64,000 nucleotides of DNA from Ylistrum balloti (GCF_031769215.1 NW_026781880.1:186001-250000); one strand, 5' to 3'. Numbered from the stretch's first letter, positions 11,401-24,490 are shown. Notes: generated from the sequence alone by a model not told the origin. Numbers and translations are program-made.

Positions 11401-13337
11401 CCGAGTTACAAGATGGCGAGGAAGCATGGTATCTACCGATATTCGGGGTTTATCATCCCCAAAAACCCAACAAAATCCGAGTCGTGTTCGATTCGGCGGC
11501 AAAGTTTAATGGACATTCGCTTAACGACATTCTCATGACAGGTCCGGATCTCATAAACAATTTGGTTGGTGTGTTAATGAAATTCAGGAAGGAACGAATT
11601 GCGATTATGGCCGATGTTGAACAAATGTTCTTCAACTTCTATGTGCACAAGCGTGACAGAAACTTTCTACGTTTCTTATGGTTTCAAGATAATGATCCCA
11701 CACAACCGCTAAGGGAATTTCGTATGTGCGTGCATGTGATTGGCAACTCGTCTTCTCCGTGTATTGCCACACTTGGATTAAGGAAATCTGCTTGCGACCA
11801 TATCGATTCTTCCGCGTGCGACGAGGTGTGTTGTTTCGTCAAAGAGAGCTTCTACGTTGACGATGGGTTGACCTCTGTATCTGACGAAGGTCACGCAGTG
11901 CAGTTGTTGAGAGACACTCAAGCTCGATTACGGCAAAACGGAAACATTCACTTGCACAAGTTCTCGTCGAACAGTGTTGATGTTTTAAAGCAGTTTCCAA
12001 AAGAGGATACCAGCGAAATTTGCGATATGGACTTCGATGATATCGTTCATAGGAGTCTCGGACTATGTTGGAAAGTCGGTTGTGATAAGTTCACGTTTAG
12101 TGTTTTTGATGAGGTGAAACCGTTCACCAAACGAGGTGTACTTTCTACAATACATAGTGTATTCGACCCCCTCGGCTTTGTGGCACCAGTTATTCTCGGA
12201 GGCAGACTATTAATGCGAAATGTGTTATCGTCAAAAGATCTTGACTGGGATGACCCTTTACCTCCGGACTTGAACTCTGATTGGAAAAAATGGAGGTCTT
12301 CGCTTAAAGATCTGGAACAGTTAGAAATTTCGAGATGTTACTCCAATTCGTCATTGGAAAAGGCAATTCGTCGTGAACTACACGTATTCTCAGACGCGTC
12401 AAAGGATGCCATAGGCGCAGTAACATACATGAAAATTTATGACGTACAGGAAAATGCTTCTGTTGCATACGTTCTTGGCAAATCGAAAGTAGCGCCTTCC
12501 CACGGACATACCATTCCAAGACTAGAACTATGCGCGGCTGTTCTGGCTACTGAACTCGGTTTATTTATATCCGAACACATCGATGTTGTGTTTGACGCCA
12601 CCTACTACTATACCGACAGTCAGGTAGTACTAGGGTATATATTTAACGACACGCGCCGTTTCTTCGTTTATGTTGCTAATCGGATTGACAAGATTCTGAA
12701 GTTATCTTCCAAACAGCAGTGGAGTTTCGTTTCTAGTGAATGTAACCCTGCCGATAGTGCGACTAGGCCAATGCGTGCGAAAGACGTTGGAAAGTCAGTG
12801 TGGTTGAACGGACCCGTTGACGTCATGAGTGATTTGCAAAGTTCGTATAGAGACCAAGTATTTCCGTTGATCGGTAACGACGACGGTGAAATAACGTTCA
12901 TCAACGAAACAAATGTCATGAAAACTCACGTTCGGAAGGACTTCGCTCTCGATCCTGACCGTTTCGCGAGATTTTCGTCATGGACTAGGTTGGTTAGTGC
13001 AATAACCTTACTGAAACAAGTCGCGCATCGTCATCACAACGGAACAGACAATCCAGACGTGTTGCGTTTTGCTAGCGATTCAAAGAACCTCATACTGAAG
13101 GTTGTTCAACAAGAGTTTTATTCGATGGAAATCGACTGTTTACAGAAAGGACTGCCGTTAAACAGGAACAATTCTTTGTTGAAATTGTCGCCGTTTCTAG
13201 ACGACGAGGGGCTCCTGAGGATTGGTGGTAGGATTCAGAATAGTGACATTGACTTACCTGGAAAGGATCCGATCATTGTCCCAGCAAAACATCACGTGGC
13301 TACTCTAATCGTGAGACATTATCACGAGAAAAACTAG
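8496..13337 (+). CDS. BEL/Pao gag-pol polyprotein (Gag zinc knuckles, aspartic protease, RT, RNase H, start of integrase)
   Basis: The likely ATG is at 8496; the ORF-track TTG start lies inside the LTR. Motifs: knuckles CFKCCKDKHLAKDC and CTVCKGSSHCTMFH; protease AIIDEQSNRT; RT KIRVVFD, ADVEQMF, FYVDD; Pao RNase H LHVFSDAS, IPRLEL, TDSQVVL, NPAD. Confidence 0.95.
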   Translation: MAENPGKRTNKMTEKARQAFEDTVGKYKHRLLNLYRNLDCLITDIEYENMNLDELKSLASDITQSYESYEQVSTKFSKYLEESRTEQGQEELLFHMTAVETLKSQCDTVLDQIQSFIDKINPVQTVSVVDNISQGFVVEEKPRHSVSGYKNGVSDIMSIKSKTSKTSVRSSITNISRVSSVYMKQRAKLKAAKVRLKFAEKEAELQKSLQLLKSQRELDEAAAELKAMDDVIDTGSPIRHCSQAPSDDEELHRKSRTVEFVQSQAENLNTGYETSDPYSHKVPVNVEAREFTPGQCVTGLTDLTKFMLKKDLLMGRLTQFTDKPEEYRVWKMSFLNVVKELDVSPQEQLDLLSKWLGPESRKQAVSVSLRAANIHDPPQALCKIWTRLSEKYGAPDQIELSLRERLNKFPKLTNRDGQKLFDLSNILAEIQAVKENTAFSSIMAHYDSSSGINPIVCKLPVFIQNNWTDYACRYQTEHNVTYPKFSVFERFIQEMSSRMNNPSFNYTDGTAVPSVNKEQRRTPSTGSRNAYVFSKKTEVNNVPTAFLCPLHDSAREVKHLLSGCHLFLSKSKDEKREILLKHGVCFKCCKDKHLAKDCTEKVICTVCKGSSHCTMFHDDKYQPRQSHGEERTSIRGDNLKINSKCTQLCGETGPFVGKSCSKTVLVNIYKDGQLNNVLRAYAIIDEQSNRTLAKSEFFDYFGDHSTETGYVLSSCAGEIQVTGRQGSGYVMESLDKEYSLKLPLITECNYIPNVKQEIPTPEVARHYSHMQDIAHLIPEYENDTPILLLVGRDLISANHVLEQRTGHEREPYAQKLKFCWVVVGESCLGLVHKPTVITVSKTVVLPDGRPTLMDPCPNYFKAQFEKSDKLPIGMDIFQRTKFDDIPGYSQQDKEFMRVMEGEFIKDEYGNWSAPLPLKKERPTLSNNMDQARHRAENLRKSLLKNPTEREQFCAFMQNIFDKEHAEVAPELQDGEEAWYLPIFGVYHPQKPNKIRVVFDSAAKFNGHSLNDILMTGPDLINNLVGVLMKFRKERIAIMADVEQMFFNFYVHKRDRNFLRFLWFQDNDPTQPLREFRMCVHVIGNSSSPCIATLGLRKSACDHIDSSACDEVCCFVKESFYVDDGLTSVSDEGHAVQLLRDTQARLRQNGNIHLHKFSSNSVDVLKQFPKEDTSEICDMDFDDIVHRSLGLCWKVGCDKFTFSVFDEVKPFTKRGVLSTIHSVFDPLGFVAPVILGGRLLMRNVLSSKDLDWDDPLPPDLNSDWKKWRSSLKDLEQLEISRCYSNSSLEKAIRRELHVFSDASKDAIGAVTYMKIYDVQENASVAYVLGKSKVAPSHGHTIPRLELCAAVLATELGLFISEHIDVVFDATYYYTDSQVVLGYIFNDTRRFFVYVANRIDKILKLSSKQQWSFVSSECNPADSATRPMRAKDVGKSVWLNGPVDVMSDLQSSYRDQVFPLIGNDDGEITFINETNVMKTHVRKDFALDPDRFARFSSWTRLVSAITLLKQVAHRHHNGTDNPDVLRFASDSKNLILKVVQQEFYSMEIDCLQKGLPLNRNNSLLKLSPFLDDEGLLRIGGRIQNSDIDLPGKDPIIVPAKHHVATLIVRHYHEKN

Positions 13338-14211
13338 GGGAGGACAAGCTAACGCAAAACGTTGGGCTATAATATTCTGTTGCATGGTATCGAGAGGGAT
13401 ACATATTGAGGTCGTAGAGGAGATGAGCACATCTTCCTTCATTAACGCACTGCGGAGATTCATCGCGATCAGAGGACCGGTAAAGCACATTAGGTCGGAC
13501 AAAGGATCTAACTTCGTAGGAGCCGTTAAGGAACTTAACTTGAATGTTATTGACGTCGAGGACAAAGCCGTGAAAGACTTTCTTTCAGAGGAAAGCATCA
13601 CATGGACTTTTAATCCTCCATATGCCTCCCATATGGGCGGATCTTGGGAACGGCCTATTGGTACCGTTAGAAGGATTCTGGACAACATGTTGCGTAATAC
13701 TGACACTAAACACCTCACGCATGAAGTGCTTACGACTTTTCTAGCCGAAGCATGTGCTATAGTAAACCAGCGACCACTGGTACCCGTATCTGACGACCCT
13801 GAAAACCCAGTGGTATTGTCGCCAAGTACTCTCATTACGCAAAAGACTGACGTTCCAAATGTAGATCTAACCTTGGTAGACTTCTCAGTGAAAGACATGT
13901 TTCGATCCCAATGGCGATGTGTTCAGGTATTGGCCCAGACATTTTGGAACGCGTGGAGAAGAGACTATCTACAATCGCTACAAACGCGACAAAAGTGGAA
14001 TCACGAACGTTCAAACTTGAAACAAGGTGACATTGTTTTGCTGAAGGATCATGACTCTCATCGTAATGACTGGCCAATGGGAATTGTTGAATGTGTTTTC
14101 CCTAGTCACGATGGTCTTGTTAGTAAAGTCAGAGTTAAGACAATTCGTAATGGACGATCGGTTTCGTATATCCGTCTTATTACTCAGTTAGTACTATTGA
14201 TGGCAGAGTGA
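13324..14211 (+). pseudogene. Out-of-frame integrase core and C-terminus of the BEL/Pao element (after an internal deletion)
   Basis: TRKTRGGQANAKRWAIIFCCMVSRGIHIEV, IRSDKGSNF and HMGGSWER lie in a different frame from the upstream HYHEK. The zinc-finger CxxC and the first catalytic Asp region are missing. Confidence 0.9.
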
Positions 14212-14377
14212 ATTATTGTGTTGAACATTGACAGCGACAAGTGAATTTTATTGCTTAGAAACTTTAGTTTATTGTTATTCAGATAAGTTTTGATATTATA
14301 TATTTTCATCGGGTTATAAATAATATGAATGTTTACAGGGTTTAAATGTAGTAGTGATTTAGCAATCAGGCGAGGAA

Positions 14378-14795
14378 TGTAGTGAAACGCTAGTTTTATA
14401 TTGTCCGTCTGCTCTGGTAGTCAGGTCAGGGTTCAGAGTTCATTCTTTGTACATCGTGGAAAAATGCATCATGGGATATGTTTACGTGAAAGTCCAAAGG
14501 AAACAGACTTGCGGATTTAGCAAGGCTTAGGTGACCCATGAGGTAACTTTAATACGGTTTAAACGTTTGAAGTTTATTACTTTTGTTGAAATATGTACTA
14601 AGGACAGGTTAATTTCTGTATTTTTCATTTTTTTACCGCAGGTTGGGGCGCAAGCTAGGTGCAACCAAGAACCCCTACACTGTGTTTGTGATTATTGTGA
14701 ACTATGGCTATAGGAACTAGGAACTTTGTATATGTAATAAAAGAACTCATTAAAGGCGTTTAGTTTGTATTTCTTTGGACTCACTCGACATCACA
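14378..14795 (+). repeat. 3' LTR of the BEL/Pao element
   Basis: Direct repeat of 8066-8483, preceded by the PPT and followed by the TSD. Confidence 0.97.
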
Positions 14796-17194
14796 AGTTT
14801 CTTATACGTTGATTTTTAGTAGAAAGACGTTGTCTATTAAGGTCAGATTTACACGTGTTGAAACGATGTAGAATGTCCTTGTATTCTCTATACCACTGTC
14901 TGCAGTTGTAGATAAACCATGTCTTATCTCCCTTTGTAGATTTTGGTCTACTGTATGTATAGCTTTTACTCAATGTTTGTGAACAATATGGTGTTGCACA
15001 AAACAGACAACATTAACGAGTTAATTCAAGTGATCGTATAGTGTTTATTATCTTACAAGTCATGTCGCTGTACATGTTCCATACATCATGTACGCCTCAC
15101 TCTCAGGCCCTGCTCCTCGAGAGCGTCCGGTCAGCTCTTCCCGCTCTCGAACTGTACCCTCTGAGAGTCCTACCCTCCCCAAAAAACCCAGACCCTAGTC
15201 TGCCTACCTTATATCCCCAAAAACATCGTTAGAACAGATACAAGAACATGTATCTAATTGTTGCAATTATTGACCATCGGTACCTAATTGATGCAATTAT
15301 TGACCATCAATCTCCATGAATGACTACAAACACCCCGCTCAAACTTGCGGACTCGAGAATATAATTAATAAATTCAAATTTCACCTTATTACCCTGCCAG
15401 TGACCAATACTATAGGAGAGATAGATAGACTACACCACTGTTAAAACTATCAAACCTCTCAACCCAATATTGAGATTGATGCATGTGAAAGTCTATTTGG
15501 AATTTAGAGAATCTATATTTGATATAATTATCCTTCTCTCTACTTAACTGTATCAGTACATTGAACTTCTATCTAAAACATGTTCCAATATGTGAAGAAA
15601 ATATAATCAATATAATCCCTCCACCACAAAGATATATTATTAACTAACACTAATTACTACCAATTAATTATGTTAAAATAATTATCTTAATTGTACAGCT
15701 ATTTTGTCACAATGGGTCAAACAGTTCATTTAGTAAATTGGTTAAATTATCAATACCCGTATTAATGTTATCCTGGTCGTTCTGTGTGATGTTACCTATT
15801 TCCAATAAGATATCAATATTGTTATGTAATTTATGTTTTTATGCAAATATTTTTGTTTTTTGTTTTGTTTTGTTTTTTGGGGTTTTTTTTCCAATTCCAC
15901 TTTCAGTTGTTCAAATTTTAGTACTGCTAATATTACTTTGAATCAGAACATTCGCCTCCATTTTATTACTTTTATCTATTGTAAGAATCACAGGCGCGTG
16001 ATCAAACCACAGAGTAATATCAAACTTGATAAATAATTGATTAAGCTAAAACCAGTTCTGTTACAGCATGTAATTTTCACTTAACATCATCGTCACGTCT
16101 ACAATTCGAAGTCCAATTGCTTTTACAAACTTCCAGAAGTTGTCTACAAAATTGATTAAAAACATTATCTGTATTCGATCATTTTGGCCTATCTCTGGTA
16201 TATTATTAACTTTGATTAATGGAACGTGTCCTTTGAATTTACCAATAGAACGAAATTATTATTATTATTATTATTGTCTCGCATATTCTTTAATTATAAT
16301 TGTTTTGTATCTCGCATGTGCTCTTAATAAAATCACCCATTACTATAATTCTACCAGAATTGTTTTATATTGACAAAATTCTTCTATACTTTAGAATAGG
16401 TCAATATCTTGATTTTTATGCGAGACATTTATTAGCGAAAGTAACATAATACTATGTACCCTTCGGCATTTTTAACATCCTTTAGTTTTAAAATAACGAT
16501 GGTCTAAAATATTTGCCTGTACAACAATTATTGATTAACGTAGCCCGGCGACCTTTCCATTTATCTCGGGAAATCCTGGGTAGAATGATAACCTTTCATC
16601 AATATATCACAGCCTTGGTTTACACAACATTTATACCAGTAAGTAATGCCCTATTTCCTGTTGGTATTTAAGAAATCAAAAACTTGCAACTTAACAACCA
16701 GATTTCTGGGACTCTGGTAGCCAAATAGTAAATGTTGTTAGAAATTATGTTTTGTTCATTTTCTCGATAGAAATGATAATATTCTGGCTTTAAGAATATT
16801 CATTTCTTACACAAGGTATTTCCCTACAAGACAAACATCACAAATTTGTTTATATATGTCAATGAATGTGGGAAATTGGCTCGTCCGAATTAACAACCAG
16901 CAAACCAAAACTTATATACATTTATTTACAATCCAAACAAAATAAACAGAACCCTATGAAGAACACAAAACACCACTTTACCTTACCACACTCATACTTT
17001 CCTCTTACACTAACGATACGGAAGCACCCTTTAGTAATCATACCATATACTAAAACCTGAGAAATTATCTCTAAATAAATATTACAGTCTCTTGTTGTAC
17101 GTTCATGGTTATAACACCTTCATCAATGTCCTGATTCTGGTCACAAACTTCTAATGAAGACCTCAGTATTTTCGGGGTAACATATAGGTAGCTT

Positions 17195-17480
17195 CATCCC
17201 GAACACCCTGGACACAGTCATGGTTCTCAGAAACATGGCACGCAGCCTCTCGGACACACAGTCCTGATTCTCAGAAATATGGCACACAGCCTCTCCGACA
17301 CACAGTCCCACAACTACAGTCTCCGGACACACAGTCCTAAACGAACCCGCTACAGTTTCATGGACACAGTCCTAAACGTCTCACGGACACACAGTTCTAG
17401 ACAGTCAACATGGCACACAGCCCACACAGCTTCGAAGCACACAGCTTGGAAAATAATAAGTTTACAGGCACACAGCCATC
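17195..17480. repeat. Degenerate minisatellite built on GGACACACAGTCC / GGCACACAGC motifs
   Basis: Motifs recur irregularly, including a ~44-bp near-duplicate at 17235-17320. Confidence 0.6.
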
Positions 17481-17744
17481 ATTAGCACCCAGGTAATAAC
17501 ATGTCATACCAACAAGAACCAGTCTCTAGTCTCCCAACATATTAATTCCTGGAATTAGGCACACAGCTCTCCCAACAATACTTCCTACATCCATGGTGAC
17601 GAGCCCTGGACAACACAACCTCCAGTGTTGGAGTTCTGTCTGGTACTGTCCCGTCCCACTTAGGGTTTCCCACAAAATACCTTGTAAGTGCATGCTTAGC
17701 ACAAGTTACCCAACGTACCTGAGAACTGCTTAGCGCCTACGCTG

Positions 17745-18710
17745 GCCGACATATAGTCCAACATATATGAATGTGTAATGTATGGCCCATCCAAAGACGG
17801 GCAAGGACAACTTCTTCTCGGTGGTTGTCCCTATAGCATGGAGACAATTTACTCGTGATAGGTTTTACTGAGTGCAGTTTATCATTGGTATATTGATTTT
17901 ATTCATCCTGCCACTGAGCTAAAACAATTGTTTGATAAATGGTTTAAAATCAGTAAAATGAAGTTTAAAAACAACAGGTGGTAGTGATAAAGCTTCCTTT
18001 GCGGCACGATCTGCTTTTTCATTGTCTGATATTCACATGTGCCCAGGAACCTAGCAAAAACCAATATTAAGGTAAGTTCATGATAATATCAATGTATTAC
18101 GAATGAAAATATTTTGCTAAGACTTTGTAGTACAGAAAAAGAGTCTGAAAAGATAACAGCTCTCATTACTCCGCCGAGAATGGTGAGGCGTGGTTCGGTA
18201 GCCAGCATCCATGGGCTTCACCTTGTGTAACCATGGCCGCGGCAACCTTACCATTATCTTTTGAACCATCAGTGTATAGATGTAGATTTAAAATTTAACT
18301 GCAATTGCGAGAAGTATGAACGAAATATGCAACTGTCAGTGTCTGATTTCACCATTCCATGAAGTGAAAAGTCAACTTCAGGTAAATTCAAGAGCCAGGG
18401 TGGACTTTTTATCGTTCCAAATGACTGAATTTGGTCAATATCGATATTTGTGTTTTGAGCGTAAATCAGAATACTGAATGGTGGAATGGTCTTTGTTTTG
18501 TTGTAAGTATCTAAATTGAAAAAAACGACTGCATAACTTTCTAAAATGACTTTAGACTCTATCAGATACATACATATGTACGTGACGATAATTTCACTTA
18601 GGTCCACTTCTATAAGTATGCTTATCAACCCTGTGTTAACGAGTGGAAGCAACTGTAACGTTTTCTCGCCATTACAAGTGTTTTAAGAAACCGGGATGAT
18701 CTGCTACAGT
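17745..18710 (-). mobile_element. Decayed 3' part of an I-group (Nimb/I-like) LINE ORF2 with an RNase H domain
   Basis: SPPWLLNLPEVDFSL, IYTDGSK, SPFSAE, IFSDSFSVLQSL, VPGH...NEKADRAAKEAL and EEVVLARLWMGHT, read across stops and deletions. Confidence 0.85.
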
Positions 18711-18859
18711 TCAATATATCAATCTATTGATTTAGTGTTACAATGTATTACTTATAATGTATTTAATTATCATTATTTTGTTAATAAGTGGTTCATGACA
18801 CCAACCAGTCACCTTGGTTGCAGGGGACATGGTGTTTGGTGGTTACCAAAACAACTTGT

Positions 18860-19099
18860 CCCGTATTCATGAAACCATTCTCATGCTCAAGCATGAATTT
18901 TGTGCTCAAGCCTTATGTCTTGATTAAGTTAAAGATCGATAAATACGGCTGTTTTCGCCGAAGATTTAAAAAAATTTTGAAAGGACTTCAAGTTAAAGTT
19001 AAATTCAAGGATTAAATTTGACATTTGTATTATTTTATATGATTTAGGTGAATTATAAAAAAGTTTGCTTGAGCATGAGAATGGTTTTATGAATACGGG
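18860..19099. mobile_element. 240-bp MITE with 34-bp terminal inverted repeats
   Basis: CCCGTATTCATGAAACCATTCTCATGCTCAAGCA (18860-18893) against its reverse complement at 19066-19099, 1 mismatch. No clear TSD. Confidence 0.8.
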
Positions 19100-20838
19100 C
19101 TGAAAGGTGTACCATACCAGAACTGCTTGATAGTACAGTGTACTGCTCACATGCACCCAAGGCTCCCCTCCGAGTCACACCTCCCTTAACAAGGGTACTG
19201 GGTGGTGTCTTATTAATTACTTCCAACAGTCCTGGTTAGAGGTAATGTGTACCCATGCATGGCCTAAGAAAGCCAGGTGTCATATACACTTGGATACATG
19301 TACACACAGGTAACTCTCACTGACAATAGGTAATAGAAACACGCGTACATACATGGATATATCACAAAATTAATGTTTAACACGCAACGAATATCGTCAT
19401 AATAACGGCAACTTTTTTATTCTGTATCAATCACTTCATTGTCCCTGATAGAGTGGAAAGAAATACCGATGTGTTAAAAAACTAATCCGCGGTAATCCGA
19501 GGTGACGGAGCAGATCCCACAAAGCTGAGACGCTTACCTGGAGGGTGACGTTGTTAACAAAACACCACTGGAACAGCCTTGATAATGTAAGATACTGTCA
19601 CAAACTTATGATTATGTTGTGTGAATAATGTACGTGCATGCATGTGTGAGTGAATGCTTATATTTATAGTAGTATATGTGTTCGTGCGCGTGCCTTTGTC
19701 CATGTAGGTGATATATTTTTAGTCACCTCCCCTGTAAAACTGGTCCATGTACTTGTGTGACGAGTCGTCGTATGTAGATCGAAAGTGTGACGAATCAACC
19801 TATATTGTGTTTTGTAACGCTTTGTAAAGGGTTTTAGAGTGTGTAAGTCAAGTGGTCAACAGTGAGAAAGATTGCTTCGTGAACAGTGTTGGCAAACAGA
19901 GTCCAACTCCTTAGTGTTCAGACGTGCTTCGAACACTGTTCTATTAATTTTTTCACTCCCCATAAACTTTTTTCTCTGTTCGTACTTTGTGCACTGGTAT
20001 TTGAAATCATTTTGTAAATGCGGAATACAACTTTTTGATTATATCTGTATCCACGTGTACTATTTGTATTTTCTACCGTCGGATATGAACCAAGTTCCAC
20101 TACGCAAGCCCGAAATATAAAAGTGACAATGCTACTTGTCAATATTTATTAATTTCTGTCTATCATTGTTCATTATCGACCAGTTTCTTTTCCTTGTAGA
20201 TTCCTCCTAGAGTTTTGCATTAAATAGAATTCTCCACACATGAGTGTAAACAAGCATAACACACATTCGTTTGAAATACTCGTGGGAATTCGATGTATCG
20301 CGTTTGTGTATAACAACGCATACATCACTTTTGTTAACAGCTGACCACATGGGCAGTATGTTATGCTTCTATTTTTAGAAACAACAATAATGGATACACG
20401 CCTTAACACACATAAAATAAAGGACACGTGTCCGTTCAGTGTGGACGTAGGCAGGTTACACGACCAGTCTTTCAGGTATGTACTTTATATATCGAGTCTG
20501 TATTTGACACTTTTATACTACAAACTACACTGTTGCATTCACCTTGCTATATATTGATTACAGTATTTGTAAATAATCGATTTATTTAGATTTTAGCGAC
20601 GTACAATTTGTTGAATGGTTAGCTTACATAACTGTACAACCTACATCTCAGCATTATGTACAAAAAAACCATGAACAAGATATTATCTTGCAAACGACCA
20701 TTTTTAGAAAGCCGGAAACATAAACAGTATATAAAAATCAACAATGATGAAGCTGAGAGGAAAAGAAAACGTTATTTAATGCACAAAACTTTTGAACTTT
20801 TATAGCTGTTTTCATGTGATGTACCACATTTGTAATAA

Positions 20839-20915
20839 CAGTCGAACCCCATTATCCCGGACTCATACAACTCTAAGACCGGGTTAATTCGAAACATTTC
20901 GACAGTCCTGGTATA
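20839..20915 (+). mobile_element. Truncated end of a Tc1/pogo-type MITE
   Basis: CAGTCGAACCCCATTAT resembles the left TIR of the MITE at 32820; no partner TIR found. Confidence 0.35.
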
Positions 20916-21354
20916 CCTTTATACAAAACATTCAAACAACAGCACGTGTCTGCTATGTATGTGTAACCCTTCAGCTCTTTAGTGATGAGACGACTCAAAA
21001 GTTTGGTACTTCCATTTAATCAATAATTAAGAAAACCTACAACATAATACCACTGTACTTTTACTTTCATTGTAGGGACACATGATATACATTTAACTGT
21101 CGCGACAATATAAATTGGTTTGAAATATTGATTATTTCCTAAGACTTACCAGAGACCCATGAGGTACGTGGCACAGCTGGGACAGCAGTCAGATGGAAAG
21201 TGACTGGTAGTGGACGTGAACAGGGCTTTGGTATGTGTGCAGGGTATGTATAAATACCCGTGCAACATACACTCTTCATACAAACTTCGTACTAGTTATG
21301 ACACGAGCACAGGACAGATATTATGTACGTAAACATAAATAGCTATAGGGTAAT

Positions 21355-24300
21355 GTAGGTATGGTACCACTGTATGTATCGGACCACTGTATGTATGGTA
21401 CCACTGTATGTATGGGACCACGGTATGTATGGGACCACGGTATGTATCAGACCACTGTATGTATGGTACCTATCGGACCACTGTATGTATCGGACCACGG
21501 TATGTATGGGACCACTGTATGTATGGTACCTATCGGACCAATGTATAAATGGGACCACGGTATGTATCAGACCACTGTATGTATGGTACCTATCGGACCA
21601 CTGTATGTATCGGACCACGGTATGTATCGGAGCACGGTATGTATGGGACCACTGTACGTATGAGACTACTGTACGTATGGGACCACTGTATGTATGGGAC
21701 CACTGTATGTATGGGACCACTGTATATATGGGGACACTGTATGTATGGGACCACTGTATGTATGGGGGCCACTGTATGTACTGGACCACGGTATGTATCG
21801 GACCACGGTATGTATGGGACCACTGTATGTATCGGACCACTGTATGTATAGTACCACTGTATATATGGGGACACTGTATGTATGGGACCACTGTATGTAT
21901 GGGACCACTGTATGTATGGGGGCCACTGTATGTACTGGACCACTGTATGTCTGGGACCACTGTATGCATCGGACCACTGTATGTATGGAACCACTGTATG
22001 TATGGGACCAATGTATTTATGGTACCACTGTATGTATGGTGTCATTGTATGTATGGGACCACTGTATGTATGGGACCACTGTATGCATCGGACCACTGTA
22101 TGTATGGAACCTCTGTATGTATGGGGGCCATTTTATGTATGGGACCACGGTATGTATCGGACCACGGTATGTATGGGACCACTGTATGTATGGGGACCAC
22201 TGTATGTATGGGGGCCACTGTATGTATCGGACCACGGTATGTATGGGACCACTGTATGTATCGGACCACTGCATGTATGGAACCACTGTATGTATGGGAC
22301 CACGGTGTGTATCAGACCACTGTATGTATAGGGTCTCTGTACGTATGGAACCACTGTATGTATGGGACCACTGTATGTATGGGACCACTGTATATATGGG
22401 GACACTGTATGTACGGAACCACTGTATGTATGGGGTCACTGTACGTATGGGACCACTGTATGTATGGGACCACTGTATGTATGGTACCACTGTATGTATG
22501 GGACCACTGTATGTATGGGACCACTGTATGTATAGGGTCTCTGTACGTATGGAACCACTGTATGTATGGTACCACTGTATGTATGGGACCAATGTATGTA
22601 TCGGACCACTGTATGTATCGGACCTCTGTATGTATGGGGGCCATTGTATGTATGGGACCACGGTATGTATCGGACCACGGTATGTATGGGACCACTGTAT
22701 GTATAGGGTCTCTGTACGTATGGAACCACTGTATGCATGGGACCACTGTATGTATGGAACCACTGTATGTATGGGACCACGGTATGTATCAGACCACTGT
22801 ATGTATGGGGTCACTGTACGTATGGGACCACTGTATGTATGGGACCACTGTATGCATCGGACCACTGTATGTATGGAACCACTGTATGTATGGGACCACT
22901 GTATGTATGGAACCACTGTATGTATGGGACCACGGTATGTATCAGACCACGGTATGTATGGGACCACTGTATGTATGGGAGCTACTCTATGTACGGGGTC
23001 ACTGTATGTACGGGACCACTGTATGTATGGGGGCCACTGTATGTATGGGACCACTGTATGTATGGGACCACTGTATGTATGGGACCACTGTATGTATCGG
23101 ACCACGGTATGTATGGGACCACTGTATGCATCGGACCACTGTATGTATGGAACCACTGTATGTATGGGACCACTGTATTTATGGTACCACTGTATGTATA
23201 GGGTCTCTGTACGTATGGAACCACTGTATGTATGGTACCACTGTATGTATGGGACCAATGTATGTATGGGAGCCACTCACGGGGTCACTGTATGTACGGG
23301 ACCACTGTATGTATGGGGGCCACTGTATGTATCGGACCACTGTATGTACGGGATCACTGTATGTATGGGACCACTGNNNNNNNNNNNNNNNNNNNNNNNN
23401 NNNNNNNNNNNNNNNNNNNNNNNNNNNNNNNNNNNNNNNNNNNNNNNNNNNNNNNNNNNNNNNNNNNNNNNNNNNNNNNNNNNNNNNNNNNNNNNNNNNN
23501 NNNNNNNNNNNNNNNNNNNNNNNNNNNNNNNNNNNNNNNNNNNNNNNNNNNNNNNNNNNNNNNNNNNNNNNNNNNNNNNNNNNNNNNNNNNTCGGACCAC
23601 TGTATGTATGGGGTCACTGTATGTATTGGGTCACTGTATGTGTGGTACCACTGTATGTGTGGTACCACTGTGTATAGGGTCCACTGCATGTATGGTACCA
23701 CTCTATGTATGGGGGCCACTGTATATATGGGACCATTGTATGTATGGGACCACTGTATGTATGGGGCCACTGTATGTACGAGACCACTGTATGTATGGGG
23801 CCACTGTATGTATCGGACCACTGTATAAATATAAATGGGACCACGGTATATATCGGAGCACGGTATGTATGGGACCACGGTATGTATGGTACCACTCTAT
23901 GTATGGGGGCCACTGTATGTATGGGACCATTGTATGTATGGGACCACTGTATGTATGGGACCACTGTATGTATGGGACCACTGTATGTATGGTACCACTG
24001 TATGTATGGGACCACTGTATGTATGGAACCACTGTATGTATGGGGCCACTGTATGTATTGGGACCACTGTATGTATGGTACCACTGTATGTATGGGACCA
24101 CTGTATGTATGGGGGCCACTGTATGTATTGGGACCACTGTATGTATGGAACCACTGTATGTATGGGGCCACTGTATGTATTGGGACCACTGTATGTATGG
24201 GACCATTGTATGTATGGGACCACTGTATGTATGGGGGCCACTGTATGTATTGGGACCACTGTATGTATGGAACCACTGTATGTATGGGGCCACTGTATGT

Positions 24301-24490
24301 ATTGGGACCACTGTATGTATGGTACCACTGTATGTATGGGGGCCACTGTATGTTAGGTACCACTGTCTGTATGGTACCATAGTATGTATAGGGGCCACTG
24401 CATGTATGGTACCACGGTATTTAGGGGGGCCACTGTATGTATGGGACCACTGTGTGTTTTGGGCCACTTTATGCTTGAGGCCACTGTATG
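21355..24490. repeat. 17-bp minisatellite array (GGGACCACTGTATGTAT), about 3.1 kb, containing an assembly gap
   Basis: Period of 17 read directly. All overlapping long ORFs here are 17-aa periodic translations of this unit. Confidence 0.97.
23377..23591. other. Assembly gap (215 N)
   Basis: Run of N inside the 17-bp array. Confidence 1.

Larger units (their letters stand above)
8066..14795 (+). mobile_element. Near full-length, young BEL/Pao LTR retrotransposon
   Basis: Two 418-bp LTRs (TGTAG...TCACA) differing at 3 positions; perfect 5-bp TSD AGTTT (8061-8065, 14796-14800); PPT AGGCGAGGAA at 14368-14377; gag-PR-RT-RH-IN order. Confidence 0.98.

Noticed and set aside
16480-16960. Faint Penelope-RT-like words (ILGRMIT, MWE...KPKLIY)
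   Set aside because: Too degenerate to support without an alignment search.
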